Notes under the pieces: model-generated
The model's database searches: none
Told to the model about the DNA's origin: nothing
Seen by the model: the letters and a program-made list of their open reading frames with translations, nothing else
Program-made: the position numbers and the translations under genes
In this document: one piece after another, positions 27,878 to 36,359 of the stretch
How positions within the stretch are numbered: position 1 is the first letter of the stretch
How the letters are laid out: each line of letters starts with the position of its first letter
DNA from: Anaerolineae bacterium
GTDB lineage: Bacteria; Chloroflexota; Anaerolineae; B4-G1; DUEL01
Direction: 5' to 3'
NCBI GenBank assembly: GCA_041082215.1
Contig: JBDOIF010000008.1
Location: 6,036 to 70,035, forward strand
DNA: 64,000 bases

Positions 27878-28021
27878 AGGAATCTCCTCCTTCGGTCTGA
27901 TGTACGCGGAAGCAGGGAGCTGTCTGCCCTCGGTGGGCCGGACTGTCGGTTTGATCATCATTTTCCCTCCTTAAAGTTAATGAATAGAATACACCCTCTA
28001 CCACGGACGGAGCTTATACCC

Positions 28022-28417
28022 TTATTGACCGTTCTCCCGGAGCCAGTGGGCCAGCGCCCGATGAAAAGCGGCAGCGACCTCGTCGGTGCTGTAGCCCAGG
28101 CGACGAGCCTCCTCCAGGGAGCTGAGAAGGATGCTGTGGAGTTTTTCCTCCCGCAGGCGAGCCATCTGCTTCTCATCGGGCATCCCGGCGACAAAGGTGC
28201 CCCGCCCCCGCTGAGTAGTGATCACCCCATCCCGGTCCAGTTCCAGGTAGGCGCGGGCCACTGTATTATAATTTACCCGCAGATCGGTCGCCAACTGACG
28301 GATGGTGGGGAGCTGATCGCCAGGCCGGAGCTGCCCTGCGGCGATCATCGCCCGCACCTGCTCCTCGATCTGAATGTATATGGGAACCTTGCTATCCGGT
28401 TCAATCCGCAGCTTCAT
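28022..28417 (-). CDS. GntR family transcriptional regulator (YtrA-like, short)
   Basis: wHTH LPTIRQLATDLRVNYNTVARAYLELDRDGVI. Alternative start at 28432. Confidence 0.85.
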   Translation of the reverse strand: MKLRIEPDSKVPIYIQIEEQVRAMIAAGQLRPGDQLPTIRQLATDLRVNYNTVARAYLELDRDGVITTQRGRGTFVAGMPDEKQMARLREEKLHSILLSSLEEARRLGYSTDEVAAAFHRALAHWLRENGQ

Positions 28418-28429
28418 AGCCGGTTGAAT

Positions 28430-28467
28430 CATATTGAGCTAATGAAATATTGAACTAACTCAATATG
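28430..28467. promoter_or_regulatory. candidate GntR operator: inverted repeat CATATTGAG-N20-CTCAATATG
   Basis: 9-bp arms at 28430-28438 and 28459-28467, immediately downstream of the -10 box in an AT-rich island. Confidence 0.4.
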
Positions 28468-28496
28468 ATTATATCATACCGGGACGGTTTTGTCAA
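28468..28496 (-). promoter_or_regulatory. consensus sigma70 promoter TTGACA-17-TATAAT for the GntR operon
   Basis: Both hexamers are perfect on the minus strand. The -35 is 17 nt from the edge of element copy 2. Confidence 0.6.
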
Positions 28497-28513
28497 GTCC
28501 CCCAGACTGAAGA

Positions 28514-28702
28514 GGTGTATTTCAGTTTGGGGGCGAGATGTCCCTGGCCCGGGCCGGACCCCGGGGAACACGAATGGCGCGAATGGAAACGAATACCGCG
28601 TATGGAGCAGGTATCCCTCCTGTTCGCCGTATTCGGGCCATTCGTGGGATTCGCGATCCACCGGCGAGCCGGAAGACCACTCGCCCCGAATTGAAATACG
28701 CC
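28514..28702 (-). repeat. ~190-bp palindromic CGAAT-unit element, copy 2 (inverted orientation)
   Basis: Aligns end to end with the reverse complement of copy 1. Confidence 0.9.
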
Positions 28703-28718
28703 CCCCGCCCTCTCGTTT

Positions 28719-28746
28719 TTGTGACCTTCTGCAACAGTGGTATAAT
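28719..28746 (+). promoter_or_regulatory. sigma70-like promoter TTGTGA-16-TATAAT
   Basis: 16 nt beyond element copy 2. Upstream of the LuxR-Kelch gene. Confidence 0.45.
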
Positions 28747-28805
28747 CATACCAGGCAGGTTGCGAAGGGAGGTAGCTCCCGGGCAGGAATTGGGAGAGAA
28801 AGACA

Positions 28806-30125
28806 GTGGCCGAGTATGGGGAGCCGCTGAGCGAGCGAGAGCTGGAGGTCCTTCAGCTCGTCGCCACGGGCGTCACCAACAAGCAGATCGCGCATCGGCT
28901 CGGCATCAGCACCAATACCGTCAAAGTCCATCTGCGCAACATCTTCGCCAAGCTGGGGGCCGAATCCCGCACCGAAGCGACGATGATCGCCATCCAGCAG
29001 GGCTGGGTCGCCGTCCCCCAGGAAGAGGCCTACCCGCTCCCGGCCACCGCGCCCCCTCTCCCCCCCTCCCTCCCTGTCCCCCTCCCCCGGCACCGCCGGG
29101 CAGCGCTTCTCCTCGCCGCCCTGCTGGCAGCCCTGGGTGGCATCCTCTCCTGGCCTCGCTCCTCCCCAGCCGCCAACCCAACCGGGCTTCTCCCCCCTGG
29201 AGGAGGAGGAGAGCAGGGACAGCTCGTCGGCCTTGGGGAGGGAAGCCGCTGGACCGAGCGGGCACAGATGCCTACCCGTCGGGCCTGGCTGGGGCTGGCC
29301 GCCTACGCCGAGCGGCTCTATGCTATCGGCGGAGAAGGACCCGATGGACCGAGCAGCTCGGTGGAGGTCTACGACCCGGAAAGCGATACCTGGAGCCGGG
29401 GGACGCCCAAATCCACCCCGGTCGCCTACGTGGCGGCTGCCCTACTGGGGGACCGGATCTTCGTCCCCGGCGGATGCGCCGACGGCGGAGAAGCCCTGGC
29501 CCTGGCCGAAGCCTACCGACCTGCGACCGACACATGGGAGAAGGTCCCCTCCCTCCCCCATCCCCTCTGCGCCTACGCTCTGGCTGTCCACGAAGGACGC
29601 ATCTACCTCTTCGGCGGCACCGACGGAGACAGCTACCTGGCCAACACGCTTGTCTATATCCCCGAGGAGGGCCGATGGGAGGAACGCTCCCCCATGCCTC
29701 AACCGCGGGCACTGGCGGCAGCAGCCCCGCTGGAGGGAAAAATCTACGTGGTCGGCGGCTACCGGGACGGACGGGAGTTGACGACCTGCACAGCCTATGA
29801 CCCGCAGAGGGATACGTGGGAAAGCTGCACGCCGCTCACGATGGCCCGGGGCGGGCTGGGCCTGGTCCCCCTGGCCGGGCAGCTCTACGCCATCGGCGGC
29901 GGCGGCTGGGGAGGGTACCTCGGCTTCAACGAGCAGTACGTGTCGGCAGAGGCCCGCTGGATAGCGGTGGAAACGCCGCTGACGCGGGAATGGCAGGGAG
30001 CCGGGATTGCCCTGCTCGACCAGGTCATCTATGCCGCCGGGGGCTACAGCGACGACTATCTGAGCCTGACCCTGGCCTTCGAGCCGTTCCCCTTCCGTAT
30101 CTTCATCCCCGCTACCGAGCGATAG
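28806..30125 (+). CDS. membrane-anchored LuxR-family HTH regulator with extracytoplasmic Kelch beta-propeller
   Basis: GTG start. LSERELEVLQLVATGVTNKQIAHRLGISTNTVKVHLRNIF, one TM (AALLLAALLAALGGILSW), then repeated Kelch-like blades (...LYAIGG, ...IFVPGG, ...IYLFGG, ...IYVVGG, ...LYAIGG, ...IYAAGG). Confidence 0.75.
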   Translation: MAEYGEPLSERELEVLQLVATGVTNKQIAHRLGISTNTVKVHLRNIFAKLGAESRTEATMIAIQQGWVAVPQEEAYPLPATAPPLPPSLPVPLPRHRRAALLLAALLAALGGILSWPRSSPAANPTGLLPPGGGGEQGQLVGLGEGSRWTERAQMPTRRAWLGLAAYAERLYAIGGEGPDGPSSSVEVYDPESDTWSRGTPKSTPVAYVAAALLGDRIFVPGGCADGGEALALAEAYRPATDTWEKVPSLPHPLCAYALAVHEGRIYLFGGTDGDSYLANTLVYIPEEGRWEERSPMPQPRALAAAAPLEGKIYVVGGYRDGRELTTCTAYDPQRDTWESCTPLTMARGGLGLVPLAGQLYAIGGGGWGGYLGFNEQYVSAEARWIAVETPLTREWQGAGIALLDQVIYAAGGYSDDYLSLTLAFEPFPFRIFIPATER

Positions 30126-30128
30126 CCG

Positions 30129-30319
30129 GACGTATTTCAATTTCGGGGCGAGTGGTCCTCCCGCCCGCCGGTGGATCGCGAATCTCACGAATGGCCCGAA
30201 TACGGCGAACAGGAGGGATCCCTGCCCCATTCGCGGTATTCGTTCCCATTCGCGCCATTCGTGTTTCCCCGGATTCCGGCCCGGGCCAGGGACATCTCGC
30301 CCCCAGACTGAAATACACC
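30129..30319 (+). repeat. ~190-bp palindromic CGAAT-unit element, copy 3
   Basis: Full-length match to copy 1. Starts 3 nt after the upstream stop codon. Confidence 0.9.
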
Positions 30320-30336
30320 CGCGATAACCCCCACTG

Positions 30337-30365
30337 TTGCCCGGCCCGACAAGGTGCGGTATAAT
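30337..30365 (+). promoter_or_regulatory. sigma70-like promoter TTGCCC-17-TATAAT
   Basis: 17 nt beyond element copy 3. Upstream of the cyclase gene. Confidence 0.5.
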
Positions 30366-30397
30366 GCCCGTGGTGCTCCACGTTTCCCGGCACTGAG

Positions 30398-32176
30398 ATG
30401 CAAGAGAAGGAGTGTTCTGTGAACCATCCCGATCCACAGGCCCCCTTTCCGGGCGGCGAATCGCTCGCCCGCATCCGACAGGAACTGGCCGAGATGGCCC
30501 GCCTCCTGGCACGCCATCAGGCCGGGCCTGCCAGCCCCCTGGCGATGAGCCTCACCCCCTACCTCCAGCACCTCAACGGATCCCTCGACTATCTGGAAAA
30601 AGAGCTGGCCGCCCAGGCCGACGAACGGGCCCAACTGGCCTCCCTGGCCGAAGTGGCCCGCGTGGTCAACTCCTCCCTCGACCTGAGCGAGGTCCTCAAC
30701 CGGGTGATGGACGAGATCATCCGCATCACCGGCGCGGAACGGGCCTTCCTGATGCTGGTGGATCCGGAGACCGGGAGCCTGGAGTTCCGCGCCGCGCGGA
30801 ATATGGACCAGGAGACGATCGCCGACTCCGCCTTCGAGATCAGCCGCAGCGTGGTCTACCGGGTGGCCCAGGAAGGGGAGCCGGTGGTCACCACCGACGC
30901 CCAGCTGGACCCCCGCTTTATGGGCAGGGAGAGCATCGTCAGCTACAACCTCCGCTCCATCCTCTGCGTCCCCCTGCGGGTGCGGGACCGGATCACCGGC
31001 GTCATCTACGCCGACAACCGCATCCGCACCGGCATCTTCGACGACCGGGACCGGGACCTGCTGGCCGCCTTCGCCGACCAGGCCGCCATCGCGATCGAGA
31101 ACGCCCGCCTTTTCGAGAGCGTCACCGCCGCCAAGGCGCTGATGGACAACATCTTCGCCTCCATCGCCAGCGGCGTCATCACAACTGACGAGGAGGATAT
31201 GATCACCCTGGTCAACCAGGCCGCCGAACGCATCCTCGCCGTCTCCGCCGAAGAGACGGCGGGCCGTCCCCTCGCCGAGGCCCTCCCCGCCCTCTTCCCC
31301 CACCTGAAAGGGCTGATAGACCAGATCCGGCGAAAAGATCAACCCCTCCTGCGCTGGGAACTGGAGCCAGAGCTGCCCCAGCGGGGCCGGGTCAACCTCA
31401 GCGTGAGCCTCTCCCCGTTGAAAGACCCCGAACAGCGACGGCTGGGCACCGCCCTGGTGGTGGACGATCTGACCGAACAGCGGCGGCTGGAGGCCCGCGA
31501 ACGGTTCATCCGGGAGACCTTCCAGCGGTATGTCTGCCCCGCCGTCGTGCAGCGGCTGCTGGAAGACCCCGGCAGCCTGAAGCTCGGAGGCCACCGGCAG
31601 GAGGTCACCATCCTCTTCGCCGACATCCGCGGCTTTACCGCCTTCAGCGAATACCTGGACCCCGAGGAGCTGGTGGAGGTGCTCAACCGGTATCTGGCCA
31701 TCGGCGCGGATGCGGTGCTGGCGGAGGAGGGGACCCTGGATAAGTTTATGGGAGACGCGGTGATGGCGATCTTCAACGCCCCCCTCCCCCAATCAGACCA
31801 TACGCTCCGGGCCGTGCGGGCAGCGCTGCGGATGCAGGAGGCGATCCGGTCCTACCACAGGAGCGCCCCGCCCGCCCATCATCTCGCCTACGGCGTGGGG
31901 ATCGCCGTGGGAGAGGCGGTGGTGGGCAACGTCGGCACCGCCCAGCAGTTGAACTATACCGCCATCGGGGCCAGCGTCAACCTGGCCAAGCGGCTCCAGG
32001 AGAACGCCGCCGCCGGCCAGGTCCTGCTCGACCAGGCCGCCTACGAACGGGTCGAAGGATGGGTGCTCGCCCGGCCGCTCCCCCCGATAGAGGCCAAAGG
32101 ATTCACCGCACCGGTGCCGGTCTACGAGCTGTTGGGGCTGCGCGATTCAGCGCCCCCTCAGTCCCCCCAACGCTGA
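30398..32176 (+). CDS. GAF-PAS class III adenylate/guanylate cyclase
   Basis: GAF (ENARLFES end motif), PAS (ITTDEEDMITLVNQAAERIL) and cyclase motifs ILFADIRGFT and GDAVMAIFNAP. Confidence 0.85.
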   Translation: MQEKECSVNHPDPQAPFPGGESLARIRQELAEMARLLARHQAGPASPLAMSLTPYLQHLNGSLDYLEKELAAQADERAQLASLAEVARVVNSSLDLSEVLNRVMDEIIRITGAERAFLMLVDPETGSLEFRAARNMDQETIADSAFEISRSVVYRVAQEGEPVVTTDAQLDPRFMGRESIVSYNLRSILCVPLRVRDRITGVIYADNRIRTGIFDDRDRDLLAAFADQAAIAIENARLFESVTAAKALMDNIFASIASGVITTDEEDMITLVNQAAERILAVSAEETAGRPLAEALPALFPHLKGLIDQIRRKDQPLLRWELEPELPQRGRVNLSVSLSPLKDPEQRRLGTALVVDDLTEQRRLEARERFIRETFQRYVCPAVVQRLLEDPGSLKLGGHRQEVTILFADIRGFTAFSEYLDPEELVEVLNRYLAIGADAVLAEEGTLDKFMGDAVMAIFNAPLPQSDHTLRAVRAALRMQEAIRSYHRSAPPAHHLAYGVGIAVGEAVVGNVGTAQQLNYTAIGASVNLAKRLQENAAAGQVLLDQAAYERVEGWVLARPLPPIEAKGFTAPVPVYELLGLRDSAPPQSPQR

Positions 32177-32236
32177 AAGCGCCGGAGGCCCGGAACCCTC
32201 CCCTTCACAGCCCATCTCTGAACAGGACGATCGCCT

Positions 32237-33775
32237 ATGGCCGATTTCATCGCCCCCGCCCTCGCCATTCTCTACACGCTGGTCACGCTCTGGCTGGCCC
32301 TCTACGGACTGAACAGTTGGGCGCTGGTGGTTCTCTACTGGCGGAACCGTCGCCGCGCGCCGTTCACAACACAGGTGGATGGGGATCGCCTCCCCAGTGT
32401 GACGGTCCAGCTTCCAATCTACAACGAGCGGCACGTGGTGGAGCGGCTGATTGACGCCGTCGCCGGGCTGGAATACCCGCGCGACCGGCTCCAGATTCAG
32501 GTGCTGGACGATTCCACCGATGAGACCACCCGGCTGGCGGAGGCCCGCGCCGCCTTCCATCGGGAGCGGGGAGTGGATATCCACGTCCTCCGCCGGTCGG
32601 ACCGGGTGGGGTTCAAGGCCGGGGCGCTGGCCTGGGGACTGGCCCACGCCCGGGGAGAGTTCATCGCCGTCTTCGACGCCGACTTCGTCCCCCGACCCGA
32701 CTTCCTCCTGCGCACCATCCCTCCCCTCCTCACCGACCCCCGCCTGGGCATGGTCCAGACCCGCTGGGCTCACCTCAACGCCGATTACTCCCTCCTCACC
32801 CGGGTCCAGGCGCTGGCGCTGGACGGCCACTTCGTCGTCGAGCAGACCGCCCGCAGCCGCTCCGACCTGCCGATGCACTTCAACGGGACGGCAGGGGTAT
32901 GGCGACGGGCCTGCATCGAAGCCAGCGGCGGCTGGCAGACGGACACCGTCTGTGAGGACCTGGACCTGAGCTACCGGGCGCAGATGGCCGGGTGGCGGTG
33001 TCTCTATCTGCCAGAGGTCGAAGGGCCGGCGGAGCTGCCCCCCCAGGTCCTGGCTTTCAAACGGCAACAGGCCCGCTGGACCCGGGGCTCGGTTCAGTGT
33101 CTGCGTAAACTGGCCGGGCCGCTGGTCCGTTGCCGTCAGCTCAACGGGGTGCAGAAAGCGATGGGGCTGATCCATCTGAGCGGATACCTGGCCCATCCGT
33201 TGATGGTGGCCCTCCTTCTGCTCACCCTTCCCCTCCTCTTCCACCCCCACCTGATGCGCGGGCCGCTGAATCTGCTGGGGCCGGTCTGCCTGGGGCCGTT
33301 CCTGGTGTACGCCACCAGCCAGTGGGCGCTGTATCCGGATTGGAAACGCCGGCTGCTGGCCTTCCCACTTCTGGTGCTGGTGGGAACCGGGATTGCCTGG
33401 AACAACACCCTGGCCGCCTGGGAAGGGTTAACCCGCTGGGGAGGGGACTTCGCCCGCACCCCGAAGTTCCGCCTGGAGGGGCGACGGGGGGAATGGATAC
33501 ACAGCCGGTACCGGCTGGGGAGCGACCGGTCAGTCGTGGGAGAGATCGTGCTGGCCCTCTACGCGCTGGCGGCAGCAGGCGTGGCGCTGGCGACGGGGAA
33601 CACCGGCTCCATCCCTTTCCTGCTCGTCTACGTGGCCGCGTTCGGGCTGGTGGCGGGGCTGAGCCTGGCGGAAATCATCGGGACCGGAGGACGCGCCCTT
33701 TCGGCTCGCCGCCCCTTCCCCATCTCCCATCTCAGGAGAAGAGATACCCCCCCTCGCCTCACCACCAAGACGTAG
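32237..33775 (+). CDS. processive family 2 glycosyltransferase (cellulose-synthase-like) with C-terminal TM domain
   Basis: DDSTDET, FDADF and QTRWAH motifs, plus TM helices at both ends. Confidence 0.85.
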   Translation: MADFIAPALAILYTLVTLWLALYGLNSWALVVLYWRNRRRAPFTTQVDGDRLPSVTVQLPIYNERHVVERLIDAVAGLEYPRDRLQIQVLDDSTDETTRLAEARAAFHRERGVDIHVLRRSDRVGFKAGALAWGLAHARGEFIAVFDADFVPRPDFLLRTIPPLLTDPRLGMVQTRWAHLNADYSLLTRVQALALDGHFVVEQTARSRSDLPMHFNGTAGVWRRACIEASGGWQTDTVCEDLDLSYRAQMAGWRCLYLPEVEGPAELPPQVLAFKRQQARWTRGSVQCLRKLAGPLVRCRQLNGVQKAMGLIHLSGYLAHPLMVALLLLTLPLLFHPHLMRGPLNLLGPVCLGPFLVYATSQWALYPDWKRRLLAFPLLVLVGTGIAWNNTLAAWEGLTRWGGDFARTPKFRLEGRRGEWIHSRYRLGSDRSVVGEIVLALYALAAAGVALATGNTGSIPFLLVYVAAFGLVAGLSLAEIIGTGGRALSARRPFPISHLRRRDTPPRLTTKT

Positions 33776-33777
33776 CC

Positions 33778-33799
33778 GGACAGGCTTTCCAGCCTGTCC
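33778..33799. repeat. 9-bp-stem hairpin GGACAGGCT-TTCC-AGCCTGTCC (small hairpin family)
   Basis: Starts 3 nt after the GT2 stop. Same motif as 7181-7224. Followed by a promoter 30 nt later. Confidence 0.7.
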
Positions 33800-33829
33800 G
33801 AACGGCTTCGAACCCCCGCCTGCTCCCGC

Positions 33830-33858
33830 TTGTTTCCCCCCTGCAACCGTTGTATAAT
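33830..33858 (+). promoter_or_regulatory. sigma70-like promoter TTGTTT-17-TATAAT
   Basis: Directly upstream of the tsaE GTG start. Confidence 0.45.
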
Positions 33859-33864
33859 CTCGAT

Positions 33865-34371
33865 GTGGCCCCGATTCTGGATGACCGATCCCTGGAGTTC
33901 ATCAGCCGCGATCCGGAGCAGACCCGTCGGCTGGGCAGCCGACTGGGCCAGTTGCTCCAGGGAGGGGAAGTTATCTGCCTGGAAGGCCCCCTCGGAGCCG
34001 GCAAGACAGTGCTGGCCCAGGGCATCGGCCGGGGTTGGGGGGCCACTGAACCCATCATCAGCCCCAGCTTCGTCCTGATCCGGGAACACCGCCGCCCCGC
34101 CGACAACCAGCGGTTCCTCCACGTGGACTTCTATCGCCTGGAGAAGGCCGAAGAGGCCTGGGGGTTGGGACTTCAGGACTGGATGGAGGACCCGCAGATC
34201 GTGACCGTCGTCGAATGGCCGGAACGGGCCCTCTCCGTCCTTCCGGAAGAACGGTTATGGGTCCGGCTGGAATTCGCCGGGCAGGGCCGCCGACGGCTGC
34301 TCTTCACTGCCTGTGGCCCTTCGTACCTGGACCTGCTGCATGCGTTCCGCCGGGCCGCCTTCGGAGTGTGA
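33865..34371 (+). CDS. tsaE: tRNA t6A37 biosynthesis ATPase TsaE
   Basis: GTG start. Walker A GPLGAGKT, PSFVLI..., VEWPE. Confidence 0.85.
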   Translation: MAPILDDRSLEFISRDPEQTRRLGSRLGQLLQGGEVICLEGPLGAGKTVLAQGIGRGWGATEPIISPSFVLIREHRRPADNQRFLHVDFYRLEKAEEAWGLGLQDWMEDPQIVTVVEWPERALSVLPEERLWVRLEFAGQGRRRLLFTACGPSYLDLLHAFRRAAFGV

Positions 34372-34373
34372 CG

Positions 34374-35018
34374 ATGCTCCTGGCTCTGGATACGGCTACC
34401 CGCACCGCCAGCCTCGCCCTCCACGACGGCCTTCGCGTCCGTTATGAGGCAACGTGGGAAGCGGACCGCCGTCACACGGTCCAGCTGACCTCCCGGGTGG
34501 TGGCTGCGCTGGAGGACCTGGGCCTGGAGCCGGAGGCGCTCGCCGGGGTGGCGGTGTCGCTGGGGCCGGGGTCGTTCACCGGCCTGCGGGTGGGGATGGC
34601 GCTGGCCAAAGGGCTGGCTATGGCCCGATACATCCCCCTTGTGGGTATTCCCACCCCGGACATCGTGGCGGCGGCCCAGGGGCGGGACCGGCGACCGCTG
34701 GTGGTGGTCCTTCAGGCAGGGCGGGGACGGCTCTGCGCTGCCATCTACCGGTGGTGGAAGGGGTGGCGGCGTCGGGAAGGCCCCTTTCTGACCACCTGGG
34801 AGCGGCTGGCGGCAGGTCTGGAGAAGCCCACCCTCTTCTGCGGCGAGGTGGATGAGCCGGGGTTGAAGGTGCTGAAAGAGCTGCGGGGGCTGGCCGAACT
34901 GCTCCCCCCCGCCCACTGCCTGCGGCGGGCCGGCTTCCTGGCCGAGCTGGCATGGCAAAGGATCCGGCGGGGGGAAACGGACGACCCCGCCACTCTGGTG
35001 CCGATCTATCTGCATTGA
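34374..35018 (+). CDS. tsaB: tRNA t6A37 biosynthesis protein TsaB
   Basis: MLLALDTAT..., GPGSFTGLRVG. Confidence 0.85.
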   Translation: MLLALDTATRTASLALHDGLRVRYEATWEADRRHTVQLTSRVVAALEDLGLEPEALAGVAVSLGPGSFTGLRVGMALAKGLAMARYIPLVGIPTPDIVAAAQGRDRRPLVVVLQAGRGRLCAAIYRWWKGWRRREGPFLTTWERLAAGLEKPTLFCGEVDEPGLKVLKELRGLAELLPPAHCLRRAGFLAELAWQRIRRGETDDPATLVPIYLH

Positions 35019-35046
35019 GCCTGCAAAAGGGCGGAAGGAGGCGAGC

Positions 35047-35697
35047 GTGAGGGAACGGAACCGGAGGCGGGACCTGGAACAGCCCCCTGTGGCTTCCACT
35101 CTCCCCTTCATCGTCCGCCGTATGCAGGAACAGGACATCCCCGATGTGATGGAGATCGAACGGCGGTCCTTCCCCTCCCCCTGGCCGGAATCCGCCTACC
35201 GGTACGAACTGCTCTACCGATCGGACTCCCGTTTCTATGTCCTGCGGCCCGCTGGTGAGCCGCCACCCGCTACCGGCTGGCGCGATCGGCTGTGGAGCGC
35301 CCTTCGCCGGGGGGAAGGCCCCCCCCTTCTGGGGTACATCGGCCTTCGCCTGTACAGGGATACAGCCCACATCAGCACCTTCGCCATCCACCCCGACTGG
35401 CGAGGGCGGGGGCTGGGGGAATTCCTGCTGCTGGCGGCCCTGGAAAAAGCGCTGGATAACGGCGTCCGTCGGGTCACGCTGGAGGTGCGCGCCTCCAATC
35501 GGGTAGCCCAGCAACTTTATATCAAGGTCGGCTTCGTCCGCACCGGCATTCGCCCCGCCTACTACCGGGACGGAGAGGACGCCTGGCTGATGATGCTGGG
35601 GCCACTGGATGAAGCCCGCGTCGCCCGCCTGCGGGAGCTTCGCCAGGAGGTGGAGGGCCGGCTGGCGAAGGCGGCAGCCGGGAACGGAAGGGAGTAG
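35047..35697 (+). CDS. rimI: ribosomal-protein-alanine N-acetyltransferase (GNAT)
   Basis: IRRMQEQDIPDVMEIERRSFPSPW, RGRGLG. Standard tsaE-tsaB-rimI context. Confidence 0.8.
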   Translation: MRERNRRRDLEQPPVASTLPFIVRRMQEQDIPDVMEIERRSFPSPWPESAYRYELLYRSDSRFYVLRPAGEPPPATGWRDRLWSALRRGEGPPLLGYIGLRLYRDTAHISTFAIHPDWRGRGLGEFLLLAALEKALDNGVRRVTLEVRASNRVAQQLYIKVGFVRTGIRPAYYRDGEDAWLMMLGPLDEARVARLRELRQEVEGRLAKAAAGNGRE

Positions 35698-35731
35698 CAT
35701 CCTGTCAGGGATACATTGTGGAGGTGAGACC

Positions 35732-36334
35732 GTGTCTGAACTGGAAAAGATCGCCGCAGAAATCCGGGCCTGCAGAGCCTGCATCCTCCACCGTGGCCGC
35801 ACCCAGGCGGTGCCCGGCGACGGACCGGAGGACGCTCAGATTATGTTCATCGGGGAGGCGCCCGGATTCCATGAAGACCAGCAGGGACGACCTTTCGTTG
35901 GTCAGGCAGGACAGTTCCTGGAAGAGCTCCTTGCCAGCATCGGCCTGAGCCGCGAGCAGGTCTATATCACCAACGTCGTCAAGTGCCGCCCCCCGAGCAA
36001 CCGGGACCCCCTGCCCGAAGAAGTCGAGGCCTGCAGCCCCTTTCTGGACCGTCAACTGGCGGTGATCCGGCCCCGTCTGGTGGTCACGCTGGGGCGGTTC
36101 TCGATGGCCCGCTTCTTCTCCCAGGCCCGCATCTCCCAGATCCACGGCCAACCCCGGCGGTTTGGAAACCTGATCTGCCTGCCGATGTACCATCCAGCCG
36201 CGGCGCTCCACCAGCCCTCCCTGCGGCGGATCGTCGAAGAGGACTTTCGTCGCATCCCCGAGGTGCTGGAAAAGGCGGAGCAGGTCACCGAATATGAGCC
36301 GCCGCCCCAGGCGGAGCAGTTGCGGCTGTTCTAG
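35732..36334 (+). CDS. uracil-DNA glycosylase, family 4
   Basis: GTG start with GGAGGTGAG RBS. CRAC...GEAPG..ED..GRPFVGQAG motifs. Confidence 0.85.
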   Translation: MSELEKIAAEIRACRACILHRGRTQAVPGDGPEDAQIMFIGEAPGFHEDQQGRPFVGQAGQFLEELLASIGLSREQVYITNVVKCRPPSNRDPLPEEVEACSPFLDRQLAVIRPRLVVTLGRFSMARFFSQARISQIHGQPRRFGNLICLPMYHPAAALHQPSLRRIVEEDFRRIPEVLEKAEQVTEYEPPPQAEQLRLF

Positions 36335-36359
36335 AAAAACGACGGAGACGAGAAACCCC

